A DNA stretch of 58,029 bases from Synechococcales cyanobacterium bin2.concoct.b11b12b14.033 (GCA_013298875.1 JAAFJH010000003.1:1-58029); one strand, 5' to 3'; positions 1 to 10,522 are shown, counted from the stretch's first letter. The notes: a model not told the origin generated them from the letters alone. Translations and numbers: made by a program.

Positions 1-12
1 ATACTGTAGCTC

Positions 13-282
13 TTGACTATAAAATTAAACACAACCAAGCTACTCCTATCAAAAATGGCTACGAAATCAAATAAAACAACTAAGTCTAAGATGTCTTCCC
101 CCTCATTTATTGAGATGTCAATATATGAACCTCCAAAACCTACTTTCACGGAAGATAAAGCCAAGATGGTTCTGGAACTTTCTAGAGATAAAGGTATTGA
201 GAGAATGATGGGCAGGGATCTTAAATGTCAAGCAGAAATCTTCCTTAACGGGGTAGATGCAGGAAAGAAAGGTAAAAAATAA
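13..282 (+). CDS. hypothetical protein (start uncertain)
   Basis: ORF track; TAATG stop/start overlap with next gene. Confidence 0.5.
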   Translation: MTIKLNTTKLLLSKMATKSNKTTKSKMSSPSFIEMSIYEPPKPTFTEDKAKMVLELSRDKGIERMMGRDLKCQAEIFLNGVDAGKKGKK

Positions 283-1109
283 TGTCTACTTCGGGTTATT
301 CAAAATATAATGGTGGTGGTTATGATTATCTAGGCTCTGTAGCTCCTATCAGGATAGAGTGTAGGGTCAAGTTCGATGGTACCGAATATGTGCCTAATAA
401 ACCATTTCCAGATGCTAGAGTTAAACCAAAGTTAGCAGCAGCCTTTGAGAGAGGGGAAATATCTCATAATGATATTCTGAAAATGGCAGGAGCTGAAGGG
501 TTATTTCAATTAAGAGATAGAGGAGTTTATAGAAGGGCAGGTGCCGCAAATGCCAACGATGTAAAGATACCTTTATTTGAAGTAACGAAAGGATGTATTG
601 TGGGTGTAAGAGGTTACTGTACTCACGATTTAACTGATGTCCGTAGAGTCTTGACAGTAGGTGTAGATGATACATCTCCAGGCATCGATATAGATCCGAC
701 TTTATTTTTATTAAGTTATTTTCCTGCATGGCGAGTACATCAAGGGGAAATGATCACACAACTATATCCACCACTCCCAACTTACCCTAACGACACGATA
801 GTCGGACATGCTGCTAAATTCTTTAATCCAGAGACAGAACTCTCTAAAGGAACAATAGTTAATCTGTATATAAAGAATGATAATTTACCTCCAGATCCAA
901 ATGTACCTTTTGATCCTAACAATGCAACTGGATCTGGAGCTATAACGGAAGGGGATATAACTCTTGAGTTCTTTGTAGCGGCAGTTAGTGCAGAGCAGTA
1001 TGAAGAATATAATAATGAATATAATTCTTACGATCAGACTTCTAAACCCTATTCAGCACAAGATAGAACTTATCAATATGACTTCGGACCTGTAGTGCCT
1101 AGATTTTAA
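282..1109 (+). CDS. hypothetical protein, possibly virion structural
   Basis: 275-aa ORF, Gly/Pro/Val-rich with beta-like composition; no recognised motif. Confidence 0.55.
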   Translation: MSTSGYSKYNGGGYDYLGSVAPIRIECRVKFDGTEYVPNKPFPDARVKPKLAAAFERGEISHNDILKMAGAEGLFQLRDRGVYRRAGAANANDVKIPLFEVTKGCIVGVRGYCTHDLTDVRRVLTVGVDDTSPGIDIDPTLFLLSYFPAWRVHQGEMITQLYPPLPTYPNDTIVGHAAKFFNPETELSKGTIVNLYIKNDNLPPDPNVPFDPNNATGSGAITEGDITLEFFVAAVSAEQYEEYNNEYNSYDQTSKPYSAQDRTYQYDFGPVVPRF

Positions 1110-1114
1110 ATTTA

Positions 1115-1143
1115 TTGACATAAAATAAAAAAACAGTTATTCT
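1115..1143 (+). promoter_or_regulatory. sigma70-type promoter
   Basis: TTGACA-N17-TATTCT; predicted start about 1150, at the 5' end of the structured RNA. Confidence 0.7.
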
Positions 1144-1150
1144 TTTAAAA

Positions 1151-1221
1151 GTAGGTGTTGAGATTTTCAGATACTTCAATTTAATCTGAAACATTTAACC
1201 TGAAAATCAATTTCCCCCTAC
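1151..1221 (+). ncRNA. candidate structured ncRNA copy 1 (Y-RNA-like?)
   Basis: GTAGG pairs with CCTAC and GATTTTCAG with CTGAAAATC; shares motifs and compensatory changes with 2957..3034. Confidence 0.55.
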
Positions 1222-1303
1222 AAACATTAAAAAAATCTAATATTGTTAGTTTTTGATTGAGAAAGGTATATTTAATATCTAGTTAAAATACTCTTTTTAT
1301 TGA

Positions 1304-2923
1304 ATGAAAAACACAGGTCAGTTTATAAATAAATCAGTTGACGAACAAAATACAGTTATACAGAAAAAGTATCCTTATTTGACTTTATTATCTTATACAA
1401 GTTTTGAAGATTATTGTGAAGTAATTGATACAGAATATAATGAGACATTTAAATGTCGTTACAAAAATTTACATTACGGTAGAGTTAATTGTCCCTCTAG
1501 AAAAAAAGAAAACCGAAAAAAAACATTATTGGAAAAATATGATGTCGATAATGTATGTAAGATACCAGGAAATTTAGAAAAAGTTAAAGCTACAAATCTA
1601 AAGAAATATGGGGAAGATAATTTTGCTAAAACTACAGAATTTAAAAAAAGACACAGTGATTTATGGGTAGCTAAATCCCAAGAAGAAAAAGAAGCAATTG
1701 TAAAAAAGACACAAACAACAAACATAGAGAAGTATGGGGTTGTTAATCCAATGCAGCATAAAGAGGTAAAAGATAAAGCTAATAAAACCATAAAAGAAAG
1801 ATATGGTGTAGAGAATGTGTCCTATATTCCAGAGGTTAAAAAGAAGTTATCGGATAGTTATTATCAAAATAATATGAAAGAAAAACTCATTCAAGGAATG
1901 ATTTCAAAGCACGGAGTAGAAAACCCTATGCTTATTCCAGAAGTTAAAGAGGCAGTTATTTCAAAAAGTATTCAGACAAAAAAAGATAAAGGTTTAATCA
2001 AATATGTATTTAATGGGAATACTTTATCAGAACTCATTCAAGATAATTTAGTGCCATTTACTTATTCTCATATGAGAAACTTAATTGTATCTGACCCTAG
2101 TTTAGATATATTTTGTCTTGATAAATCTTATACTGATTTAGAAAGAAAAGTAGCAAATTTTCTGACAGATAATAATATTAAATTTCTTCATGATCGTTCA
2201 ACAATACCAACCTTTGAAAAGAAAAGACCTGACTTTCTTATTGAAGATCATAAAGTGATAATAGAGTGTCATGGATTATATTGGCACTCAGAATTAATGG
2301 GATGGAACTCTACAAAGGCTAAAAAAAGAAGAGAAATATTTAATAACGCAGGTTATCGTGTGATATCTTTATATCAAGATAATATTGAAAAGTCCTGGTC
2401 CATCTGTCAATCTATTTTAGGCAATGTTTTGAAATTAAATAAGTCAAAAATATATGCTAGAAAATGTGAAGTTAAAAAGATTGAAAATAAAAAAGAAGGT
2501 ATTGATTTTTTAGAAAAGAATCATTTAATGGGTAAAGGAAAAGGGGGAATATTAGGTTTATATCACAATAATGAATTAGTATCTGTATTACAGTATTATA
2601 ATAAAAATAATATTTCGGAGATTTCCCGATTCTGTACTTTATTAAACCATTCGATTGTAGGTGGATTTAGTAAATTATTAAATAAATTAAAAACAATTAC
2701 AGAAGCTAAAGCAATATCTACATTTATTGATCTTGATTATGGTACAGGATACCATTTAACTAGTATGGGATTTATCTCTAAAAATATATACCCTAGCTTT
2801 AAATGGACAGATATGAATAATAGATTTAATAGATATAAATTTCCCGGAAAAACTGGATATATTCATAACTTAACAAGAATATGGGATTCTGGTCAACAAT
2901 TATGGGTATTAGAATTAAATTGA
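1304..2923 (+). CDS. Hef-like homing endonuclease (KYGVEN repeats, Vsr/PD-(D/E)XK-like nuclease, C-terminal GNAT-like domain)
   Basis: repeats KYDVDN/KYGEDN/KYGVVN/RYGVEN/KHGVEN; RPDFLIEDHKVIIECHGLYWHS; IYARKCEV..FLEKNHLMG..EISRFCT..VGGFSKLL. Confidence 0.7.
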   Translation: MKNTGQFINKSVDEQNTVIQKKYPYLTLLSYTSFEDYCEVIDTEYNETFKCRYKNLHYGRVNCPSRKKENRKKTLLEKYDVDNVCKIPGNLEKVKATNLKKYGEDNFAKTTEFKKRHSDLWVAKSQEEKEAIVKKTQTTNIEKYGVVNPMQHKEVKDKANKTIKERYGVENVSYIPEVKKKLSDSYYQNNMKEKLIQGMISKHGVENPMLIPEVKEAVISKSIQTKKDKGLIKYVFNGNTLSELIQDNLVPFTYSHMRNLIVSDPSLDIFCLDKSYTDLERKVANFLTDNNIKFLHDRSTIPTFEKKRPDFLIEDHKVIIECHGLYWHSELMGWNSTKAKKRREIFNNAGYRVISLYQDNIEKSWSICQSILGNVLKLNKSKIYARKCEVKKIENKKEGIDFLEKNHLMGKGKGGILGLYHNNELVSVLQYYNKNNISEISRFCTLLNHSIVGGFSKLLNKLKTITEAKAISTFIDLDYGTGYHLTSMGFISKNIYPSFKWTDMNNRFNRYKFPGKTGYIHNLTRIWDSGQQLWVLELN

Positions 2924-2949
2924 CAAAATTTAAAAATATATGTTATTAT
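2920..2949 (+). promoter_or_regulatory. sigma70-type promoter with extended -10
   Basis: TTGACA-N18-TATTAT preceded by TGn; predicted start about 2956. Confidence 0.65.
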
Positions 2950-2956
2950 ATTGATA

Positions 2957-3034
2957 GTTAGTGGTGAGATTAACAGTTACTTCAAAAATAATCTTCATCG
3001 GATAACCTATACCTGTTGATTGATTTTCCCTAAC
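2957..3034 (+). ncRNA. candidate structured ncRNA copy 2 (Y-RNA-like?)
   Basis: GTTAG pairs with CTAAC and GATTAACAG with CTGTTGATT; conserved TGAGAT, CAGnTACTTCAA and ACCTG. Confidence 0.55.
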
Positions 3035-3067
3035 AAATTTTTTCACTCCAACTATAATCTCTCTTTT

Positions 3068-3099
3068 AAGCTAGGAATTTAATTTTCTGGCTTTTTTTT
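3068..3099 (+). terminator. intrinsic terminator
   Basis: AAGCTAGGA..TTCTGGCTT stem followed by T-run. Confidence 0.55.
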
Positions 3100-3183
3100 A
3101 TTTGGTACTATATCTACTCTTTTGTAAATACAAAAATTAAGCAGGCAATAAGAAGTTTTAAGATTGGGGGAATGTTTTAAGAG

Positions 3184-5496
3184 ATGTCGGTATATACAAA
3201 TTATTATGGATGGTATTTATTAGGAGGCTCGGGTGGTGGGGGAGGCGGCGGAGGTGGCGGTGCTCCGACTGGACCTGCGGGAGGTGATTTAACCGGTACA
3301 TATCCTAATCCTGAATTAATACCTTCTGGAGTAACTGCGGGGACATATGGGGATGCTACTAATGTGGGTCAGTTTACGGTAGACTCTAAAGGAAGAGTTA
3401 TAGCAGCACAAAATGTTCCGATTGTGTTGAATCCAACTCAGATTAATAATTTCAATGAAGCAGCCCAAGATGCGATCGGTTTAGTGTTAGTAGACTCAGC
3501 CAATATAGATTTCACGTATAATGATCCAGGAAACACCATAACGGCTGATTTGACCAATACTGGAGTTATACCTGGAACATATACCTACCCTACCGTAACG
3601 GTTGACCAAAAAGGTCGAATTACAAATATTACAAATTCTCCAGTTGTGCCAGGACATTTAATATTAGAAGATAATACCCCATTTACCCAAAGGTCTGGAT
3701 TAAGTTTTCTGGGTTCTGATTTTGATGTTTCGGACGATTCCCCAAATAATCAGACAGATGTTCAGTTAGCAAATACAGGAGTAGCCCCCGGAACATACGG
3801 ATCCACTAACCAAATCCCAATCTTTACAGTAGATCCAAAAGGACGAATTACGAGTTTAACTACAGTAGCGGCATCTGTAGGTATTGGGGGACACGCAATA
3901 CAGGAAGACAACACAACATTCACGCAGAGAGGAAATTTAAGTTTTGCGGGACAATACTTTGATTTGACAGATGATTCAGCAAATAACCAGACCGAAGTAA
4001 CGTTCGCTAATAGCGGGATAACAGCCGGAACATATGGATCAGCTACCCAAATTCCTCAAGTTACTTATGATATTAAAGGGAGAGCTCTATCGGCCGTGAG
4101 TCTGCCATTATCTATAACATCCTCACAAGTAACGGACTTTAACGAAGCAGCCCAAGATGCGATTGGGTTAGCGTTATTGGACTCAGCCAATATAGATTTT
4201 ACATATAATGATCCAGCCAATATAATAACGGCTGACTTAACCAATACAGCGGTTTCTCCAGGTACATATACTTACGCTACCGTAACAGTTGACCAGAAGG
4301 GACGCGTTGTTTCTGCCGCTAACGGAGTAGCTCCTCCTGCCAATACAGATGGATTACCAGAAGGGGTAACTAATTTATACTTTACGAATGAGAGAGCACA
4401 GGATGCGGTTGGCAATGCGTTATTGGACTCAGCCAATATAGATTTCACATACAATGATCCAGCTAATCAAATAACAGCCGATCTAACCAATACTGGTGTT
4501 TCTCCAGGTACTTATGGTTCGGCTACTAATGTGGGTCAGTTTACAGTTGATGTAAAAGGTAGATTAACTGCTGCTACCAATATACCTATTATAATCAACT
4601 CCACCCAAGTAACTGATTTTGTAGAGGCAGCCCAAGATGCAGTTGGGGGTGCTTTAACAAATTCTCCAGATATTTTATTTAATTACAATGATCCTTCAAA
4701 TCAAATAACAGCTGACTTAACTGCTACTGGAGTTTCAGCCGGTACATTTACTTACCCTACCGTAACGGTTGATACCAAAGGAAGAGTAACAAATATTTCT
4801 TCCAATACTCTATCGGGTGGTCATACAATTCAAGAAGATAATGCATCATTCCCTACTCGGCAAGGATTAAGTTTCTTAGGTAATCATTTCGATATTTCGG
4901 ATGATTCTGCAAATAATCAAACAGATGTATCTTTAGCTAATACAGGAGTTTCTCCAGGTACTTATGGAGGTGCAAATACAATTCCCGTATTTACAGTAGA
5001 TGCTACAGGACGAATAACTTCCGTAACTAACACACCAGTAAATGGGGCATTAATAAACTGGGGTGGTATTTATACAGATATTACAGGAGCTACAGGTCAT
5101 GGATCCACAGATACAAAATTCCGGTTTCTTTCCAACATAATAGTAGAATCAGGTTCCGCAGGTATAAGTGGATCTACCACTATAGCGAATGGTACTTCCG
5201 TAACGATAGGAGTTAAAGGTTATTATATTGTATCTTATATTGATTCTTTCTCTGGAGGATCCTCTCAGATAGGTATTAGCAGAAATTCTGCACAAGGCAC
5301 AACCAATGTAGCGAATATTTCATCAGGAAATCGATTAGCTTACTGTAATACCCCAGGAGCCGGATTATTAGGTGAAGTAATGTGGCAAGGACAATTAAAT
5401 ATAGGAGATGTAGTAAGACCTCATACAGATGGGCAACCTAATGCCTCATCTGATTTTGTGAGGTTTAATGTTTATAGAATGTTTGAAGTGCCTTAA
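3184..5496 (+). CDS. tail/head fibre protein with internal repeats
   Basis: poly-Gly linker, [16 protein letters not shown], repeated [38 protein letters not shown]. Confidence 0.8.
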   Translation: MSVYTNYYGWYLLGGSGGGGGGGGGGAPTGPAGGDLTGTYPNPELIPSGVTAGTYGDATNVGQFTVDSKGRVIAAQNVPIVLNPTQINNFNEAAQDAIGLVLVDSANIDFTYNDPGNTITADLTNTGVIPGTYTYPTVTVDQKGRITNITNSPVVPGHLILEDNTPFTQRSGLSFLGSDFDVSDDSPNNQTDVQLANTGVAPGTYGSTNQIPIFTVDPKGRITSLTTVAASVGIGGHAIQEDNTTFTQRGNLSFAGQYFDLTDDSANNQTEVTFANSGITAGTYGSATQIPQVTYDIKGRALSAVSLPLSITSSQVTDFNEAAQDAIGLALLDSANIDFTYNDPANIITADLTNTAVSPGTYTYATVTVDQKGRVVSAANGVAPPANTDGLPEGVTNLYFTNERAQDAVGNALLDSANIDFTYNDPANQITADLTNTGVSPGTYGSATNVGQFTVDVKGRLTAATNIPIIINSTQVTDFVEAAQDAVGGALTNSPDILFNYNDPSNQITADLTATGVSAGTFTYPTVTVDTKGRVTNISSNTLSGGHTIQEDNASFPTRQGLSFLGNHFDISDDSANNQTDVSLANTGVSPGTYGGANTIPVFTVDATGRITSVTNTPVNGALINWGGIYTDITGATGHGSTDTKFRFLSNIIVESGSAGISGSTTIANGTSVTIGVKGYYIVSYIDSFSGGSSQIGISRNSAQGTTNVANISSGNRLAYCNTPGAGLLGEVMWQGQLNIGDVVRPHTDGQPNASSDFVRFNVYRMFEVP

Positions 5497-5792
5497 GATT
5501 CATAGCTTAAAACGATTCTGATTGTACCGAATGAATTAATTTGGGCAATCAGATCGCTACAAGCCGCAGACTCAAATCCAGTTTGCTCCATAGCATAAAG
5601 GGCTTCTAGATTAGAGGCATCTAATGTAATGATTGGACATTCTTTTATTCTGGTCTTAAATATCTCACAGAATTTCTTACCAAATGTACTGAAAGAATCA
5701 ACCGGAAGTGCTGTATCTTTGTCAGCTGTGTGTTGATACGCTATATTGGGTCCTAATGTCATGTATTTAATATGAGTAACTATACTATACAT
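5493..5792 (-). CDS. hypothetical protein
   Basis: ORF track. Confidence 0.5.
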   Translation of the reverse strand: MYSIVTHIKYMTLGPNIAYQHTADKDTALPVDSFSTFGKKFCEIFKTRIKECPIITLDASNLEALYAMEQTGFESAACSDLIAQINSFGTIRIVLSYES

Positions 5793-5881
5793 TATATATC
5801 AAAAAACGTACTCTGTCTATAAATTAATCAATATTGTATCTTTTGTTTGAAAAAGAAGCTTCCCAATCCTCTAAATTATAT

Positions 5882-6127
5882 TTATTCAATATTGTTCCCC
5901 TCCAAAATTTTTCTATTTCTAGAAACATCATGTTCTTCTTTTGAGATTACCTTGTAATACATAATAACTACCTGCTCCATCTTATATGTGTCATTAAGGT
6001 GTTTTTCGATTGCCCTTATTGAGAATATATGGGACTTCTCCCCTGTGAGTTCGCAAACATAATTTCCATGTCCCTTTGCACTCAAGTAACTTACAAAATA
6101 ATAAGTTGATTTTTCTGTTTTCTTCAT
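5882..6127 (-). CDS. hypothetical phage protein
   Basis: ORF track; part of a minus-strand gene run. Confidence 0.6.
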   Translation of the reverse strand: MKKTEKSTYYFVSYLSAKGHGNYVCELTGEKSHIFSIRAIEKHLNDTYKMEQVVIMYYKVISKEEHDVSRNRKILEGNNIE

Positions 6128-6161
6128 TGCTTTGCTCTTTTAATTGTTTTATCTAACTCCA

Positions 6162-6287
6162 TCAATTCAGGGGTTTCAAACTTATTTTGTGAGCTTCGTT
6201 ATCAGCTCCAGTAAAGCGAATTCCTGTTACTTTATGCATCTTCTTTGCAACTTTGTCGAAAACTCTAAATTTAATTGTTCTAGACAT
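6162..6287 (-). pseudogene. short YopX-like N-terminal fragment (41 aa)
   Basis: AAGGAG RBS; MSRTIKFRVFDKVAKKM resembles the YopX start MREIKFRAWD; ends in an IS-end-like GTTTGAAACCCC motif. Confidence 0.4.
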
Positions 6288-6357
6288 TGACTAACTCCTT
6301 ATTTCCTATATATTAATTTACTTGCCCAAAATAGTTATTAACTAAACCTATTTGTAT

Positions 6358-6837
6358 TCATATTTTTTCTAATCCTTTTTCTTTAGATAATTTAAATTTT
6401 TGCCCTGTCGCAACAAGTTTTTGATTGGATTCTGAACCTTTTAAATCTGAATAACAAAATTCATCAATAATAAGTTCTTCTACCTTAAGGGTATCGAAAT
6501 AATCAAACATATCTTTGATATTCTCAAAGAAAGGATATTCTTGTTCTTGTCTATATTGAGTGGTGTAGGAAGTTCCCTTCTTGCTACCTAAATATTCTGT
6601 AAACTTTTTGAAGTAATTTTCTTGATTCTCAGCTCCATTAGAGGATCTATTGTCTAACACCCATCTTTCAGCTACAGCATGAGCTACGGGGTGTTTCTTT
6701 TTATTATCTTTCATCTCATCAAAAAAAACTTGAGCTGTCAACCATGTAGAGGTTGGTTTCTTTAACCCGGTAGAACAAACACCTTTTCTAGATAAAAATT
6801 TACTTCTAGCCATTTTAAACCTCTTTAAAACTCTCAA
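6358..6837 (-). CDS. hypothetical protein (probable start MARSK near 6813)
   Basis: ORF track. Confidence 0.55.
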   Translation of the reverse strand: MRVLKRFKMARSKFLSRKGVCSTGLKKPTSTWLTAQVFFDEMKDNKKKHPVAHAVAERWVLDNRSSNGAENQENYFKKFTEYLGSKKGTSYTTQYRQEQEYPFFENIKDMFDYFDTLKVEELIIDEFCYSDLKGSESNQKLVATGQKFKLSKEKGLEKI

Positions 6838-7531
6838 CTCTTTTAACTAATGCTTGATAACAAGACTCTCTGCAAGTACCGGTGTTACCCGATAAAAACC
6901 ATGATTTTAGATGTTTGATTCTAAGTTGCTTAGCTAATTCTAAATCCCCATTTGCTTTTTTGTCAATAACATTAGATAGCCTTACAGATTTATTAACCGC
7001 AGTATCGAAAATAAAATTAATATATTCTTGATTATACTTTAAGTCTAAGTGAAGGGGCTTAAAGTAATAGTGATAATAATATTTTCTGACTAAATCCTTG
7101 TTAAGTCCCGATACATGAATAGGGAATCCTTTAAGGGGGGTATACCACCTTTGATTAACTCCGTAGTTAACCGCATAGCCATTATTATCAATACCATAAC
7201 CTTTCTCATGTTGTAGAGTTCTATTAAACGCAATATCATAAGCTCTGGTATCTGTGAGTTTATTATGGTTTAACTTTTTTAACTTACTAGATAATAGTAT
7301 TTTCTCTAATTGTGCTCTTTTAAGAGCTTTACTCATATAAGCTAATTTTCTTTCAATTGATTTCTTTTCCAATTTTAAAAGTTCTAATTCCGCCTCTGAT
7401 GAAGCTAATTCACTAACAAAGGCAATTCTCGAATAAGGTATTGCTAAGGGCTTAGAGGAATGGAGTATTGAAAAATAGGTAAATGAACTAATTAAAGTAA
7501 CCCCTAAAAAAGAAATAAAATAATTTCTCAT
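6815..7531 (-). CDS. glycoside hydrolase family 108-like lysozyme with N-terminal membrane anchor and coiled coil
   Basis: hydrophobic N-terminus; LQHEKGY..D.NG..VNYGV and YYYHYYF..IFDTAVN match the GH108 pattern. Confidence 0.65.
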   Translation of the reverse strand: MRNYFISFLGVTLISSFTYFSILHSSKPLAIPYSRIAFVSELASSEAELELLKLEKKSIERKLAYMSKALKRAQLEKILLSSKLKKLNHNKLTDTRAYDIAFNRTLQHEKGYGIDNNGYAVNYGVNQRWYTPLKGFPIHVSGLNKDLVRKYYYHYYFKPLHLDLKYNQEYINFIFDTAVNKSVRLSNVIDKKANGDLELAKQLRIKHLKSWFLSGNTGTCRESCYQALVKRVESFKEV

Positions 7532-7535
7532 CTTT

Positions 7536-7925
7536 TTATTCTCCTATTAAATTTGGTTGTATGATTGTCAAATCAGTATATTCATTACTTAACCAGTCTA
7601 AAAGTGACTGAATACCTGCCACAATAGAAGGATTATCATTGCTTTCAATAATTAAATGAACCTCCATAAGATCATTTAATTGTGTTCTTTTCGGTAAATC
7701 TAAAGAAGTTTTATAAATTTTGCCATTAATTACGCTAGATATTGATTCGGTTTGGGTTAAATTATTCTCAGAAGATTTAACAAATTCCCCATTTTCCCCT
7801 ATTTCAGAGCTAAGCGAGTAATTAGTGGCTGGTGGAGGCACGCATTCATTGACCCACTTAGCAAATTCTAAATGCGTAAACATTTTACTTTCGGGGGAGT
7901 CCCAGAAATTAACGAATATATTCAT
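7536..7925 (-). CDS. hypothetical protein
   Basis: ORF track; operon-like spacing. Confidence 0.55.
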   Translation of the reverse strand: MNIFVNFWDSPESKMFTHLEFAKWVNECVPPPATNYSLSSEIGENGEFVKSSENNLTQTESISSVINGKIYKTSLDLPKRTQLNDLMEVHLIIESNDNPSIVAGIQSLLDWLSNEYTDLTIIQPNLIGE

Positions 7926-7974
7926 ATTATTGATTTTCCTATTATTTTTGCGTTGTTTCTATATGTTTTTATTT

Positions 7975-8027
7975 GTTTCAAAATCCTGCAAAGCTTCTTC
8001 CAGAGAGTTTTAGGCCGGGGAGTGTCA
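7975..8027 (+). mobile_element. IS200/IS605-type right-end remnant (PATE-like)
   Basis: ends TTTAGGCCGGGGAGTGTCAA, similar to the GTATGTCAA right ends at 37847, 41766 and 54857. Confidence 0.45.
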
Positions 8028-8037
8028 ATGAAATTAC

Positions 8038-8733
8038 CTATTCTCCTTTTAACTGTATTTTAGTCAGAACCTGATTTACACTTTTCACAGTTTTATAATT
8101 AGCAATTGTCTCTAAATCTGATCCGTCTAATATACCTCTCCCTGCTAAATCTTTAATTTTTGTTTCTGTTATTTTAAACTCTTGAAAATACGGAACTTTG
8201 GAAACTGGCAATAAACCCTGAATTTTAGGATCATAACTGGCTGTTTCTCTTTCGGACAAAGAATAACCAATTTCCGAACCTTCCGCTTTTTTTAGATTTG
8301 CTTGATTTAAAAGTCCAATTAATTCATTCTTGGCGGTTGTTTCTTCTTTTCCTTTAAGTAAAATTTCTTGTTGGATTGAATAAAGTTTGTCGGTAGCTTC
8401 TTTTATTAGATTCGCTATTTCTTTTTTTTCGTAAACAATTTGCATTTTCTCTACTGGGAAAACTTCGTAAATTTGCTCCCACATTGTCTTCAAGTCCATA
8501 TCAGAGGCACTACCATCACCAGTTATATCGTAGTCAGTAAAGGATATAAATTTGCCGTTTATCTCCACAACTTTTTCCTCAAGGTTGTACCAGCGGCGTT
8601 CATCTATTTTTTTACTGTACTTTGTGTCAGCACCACAAAGCATTTCCCAAGTATCGTCTTCATCTAAGTAAGGGTTGCTTGCGGTTTCGCAAAGATGTTT
8701 GTAAATGTTTTTATCTAATTTGTCAAAGCTCAT
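8038..8733 (-). CDS. hypothetical phage protein
   Basis: 231-aa ORF with RBS. Confidence 0.6.
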   Translation of the reverse strand: MSFDKLDKNIYKHLCETASNPYLDEDDTWEMLCGADTKYSKKIDERRWYNLEEKVVEINGKFISFTDYDITGDGSASDMDLKTMWEQIYEVFPVEKMQIVYEKKEIANLIKEATDKLYSIQQEILLKGKEETTAKNELIGLLNQANLKKAEGSEIGYSLSERETASYDPKIQGLLPVSKVPYFQEFKITETKIKDLAGRGILDGSDLETIANYKTVKSVNQVLTKIQLKGE

Positions 8734-8754
8734 TTTCGTTTCCTTATTATTTAG

Positions 8755-9510
8755 TTAGTAGTATTTATTTTTGTTGAGTTTGTCTTTATTTTCAGACGGA
8801 GGATATAAATTGCCTGCATAATCCTTTGACCATCCAGTTATCCAAAGTTTCTTGCTCCGAGCCATAAGCCAGCCCGGAATCCCAATATTTGAATCTAAAA
8901 GCATTTGAATCATTGCGTCTGGTGAGATATGAATAAAGTTTTGCTCAAAATATTTTAAAACTCTCTTCGGGTCTAAGTCATGCCGAAAATCAGGATTTAA
9001 AACTTCTTTCATTTCTTTTTCTTGTTCTTCTTTTAAATTCTCTTGAAAAAGAGAATTTGGAGGAATATCTGACCAATCTGGTTTGATATAGGTGTAAAGT
9101 CCTTCACTTTTCTTTTTAATTTGACTAGCGGTCATATCCTTTTGAATCAGCTCACCAGTGGCACAACTAATACCAATTTGGCAAAATTTAAAATCAAAAC
9201 CTCTTAAAATCACAAAAGGATCTCCAATATGTTTTTTAACACATTGCACCTTAAATTCATCGAATAAGCGTAATGTCCAAGCATTGTCTGAATTCCATTC
9301 GATTGTAGCTCCTATCGCAATAAATTCTTCAAACGCATTAACTAATTCGCTGTTAGAAGGAAACCATAAATCATAATCGTTTACTTTTCTGCCTAAAATG
9401 CCCGACAAGATTGAGCCACCAGCCAAAAAAGCATTATATTCTTCTAGTATTTTTTTTAATGGTTCAGGCAATTTTAGAAATATTTCTAAAGCTTTTTGTT
9501 CACTATTCAT
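8755..9510 (-). CDS. nucleotidyltransferase-like protein (CCA/poly(A) polymerase head-like)
   Basis: FLAGGSI..VNDYDLWF and FDFKFCQIG motifs. Confidence 0.65.
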   Translation of the reverse strand: MNSEQKALEIFLKLPEPLKKILEEYNAFLAGGSILSGILGRKVNDYDLWFPSNSELVNAFEEFIAIGATIEWNSDNAWTLRLFDEFKVQCVKKHIGDPFVILRGFDFKFCQIGISCATGELIQKDMTASQIKKKSEGLYTYIKPDWSDIPPNSLFQENLKEEQEKEMKEVLNPDFRHDLDPKRVLKYFEQNFIHISPDAMIQMLLDSNIGIPGWLMARSKKLWITGWSKDYAGNLYPPSENKDKLNKNKYY

Positions 9511-9566
9511 GGTTAATTATGTTTAAAGGTTAAAAGAAAAGATCATTGATTTTTAATTTGTGAATA

Positions 9567-10064
9567 TTAAATATGATATAATTCCCAAATACTTTCAGAA
9601 TCACCATCCTCCCCATAAGCTATTGTACCGTTAGAGCTTGAAGCTATCTTCTCAATATTAAATATAGTACTAATATCAGTCCTCTTACTGTAAGAATCAT
9701 AGGTTGATCTATCACGTCCTCGCACTAAGTCCCCTAATTTAAATTTAACAGATGTACCATTTTTATCTATCGTAACAGAGCTATAAGTTTTTAAATTTTC
9801 ATCCAGATATTCCCTATCCAAAATAATACAATGTCTTCTAGAATCATTATGTTCTATTTTAATTATTTCAAATAGATCTGTAATATCATTAAAAATAACT
9901 TTTGGGTTGTATTCATTGCCATTGAAATGAATAAATAAAACTTTCTTATCTATGGTTAAAATTATACTTCCATAAGCTGATTCATTAAAATCATGTTTAC
10001 CATAGTGTGGTAATTCTCGTATAACTTCTTTAGTTAATTTGTTTTTGATATAATAGTTAGTCAT
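9567..10064 (-). CDS. hypothetical protein
   Basis: ORF track. Confidence 0.5.
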   Translation of the reverse strand: MTNYYIKNKLTKEVIRELPHYGKHDFNESAYGSIILTIDKKVLFIHFNGNEYNPKVIFNDITDLFEIIKIEHNDSRRHCIILDREYLDENLKTYSSVTIDKNGTSVKFKLGDLVRGRDRSTYDSYSKRTDISTIFNIEKIASSSNGTIAYGEDGDSESIWELYHI

Positions 10065-10265
10065 ATAAATTTTTTCTTATTTAAATAAACTGGTGTTTGT
10101 CAATAGAGATAATTAAAATATTACTCCACAACTATCTAATACACAAAATAATACAAATAATTACACATGTTCTAATTGGTTTTTATATTAAATTAATTTA
10201 ACAATTCATATTTATTATGCTTAAAGGGCATTTGAAATGTTAAATTAAAAAAAAAGTAAAAAATT

Positions 10266-10514
10266 ATGAATCCTCAAATTCTCAAAATAGTGGCTATACT
10301 AAGTATTTTCTCTATATTTGTATTAATAGTGCTAAGACCTCCCCATAGATGTTTAGTGGTGGAAGATATTATTCTATATACTAAGAAATGTAAGGAAGCA
10401 GGAATGGGAGTTACATCCTTTGCACATTGTTTAGATTGCTGTATTGAATTGTTGCAATGCGATACTTTGGGTGAAATGGGGAATATAAAACCAATGAAAA
10501 ACGATAAAATCTAA
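10266..10514 (+). CDS. small membrane-anchored Cys-containing protein
   Basis: N-terminal TM segment followed by several Cys. Confidence 0.45.
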   Translation: MNPQILKIVAILSIFSIFVLIVLRPPHRCLVVEDIILYTKKCKEAGMGVTSFAHCLDCCIELLQCDTLGEMGNIKPMKNDKI

Positions 10515-10522
10515 GAGGGCAT

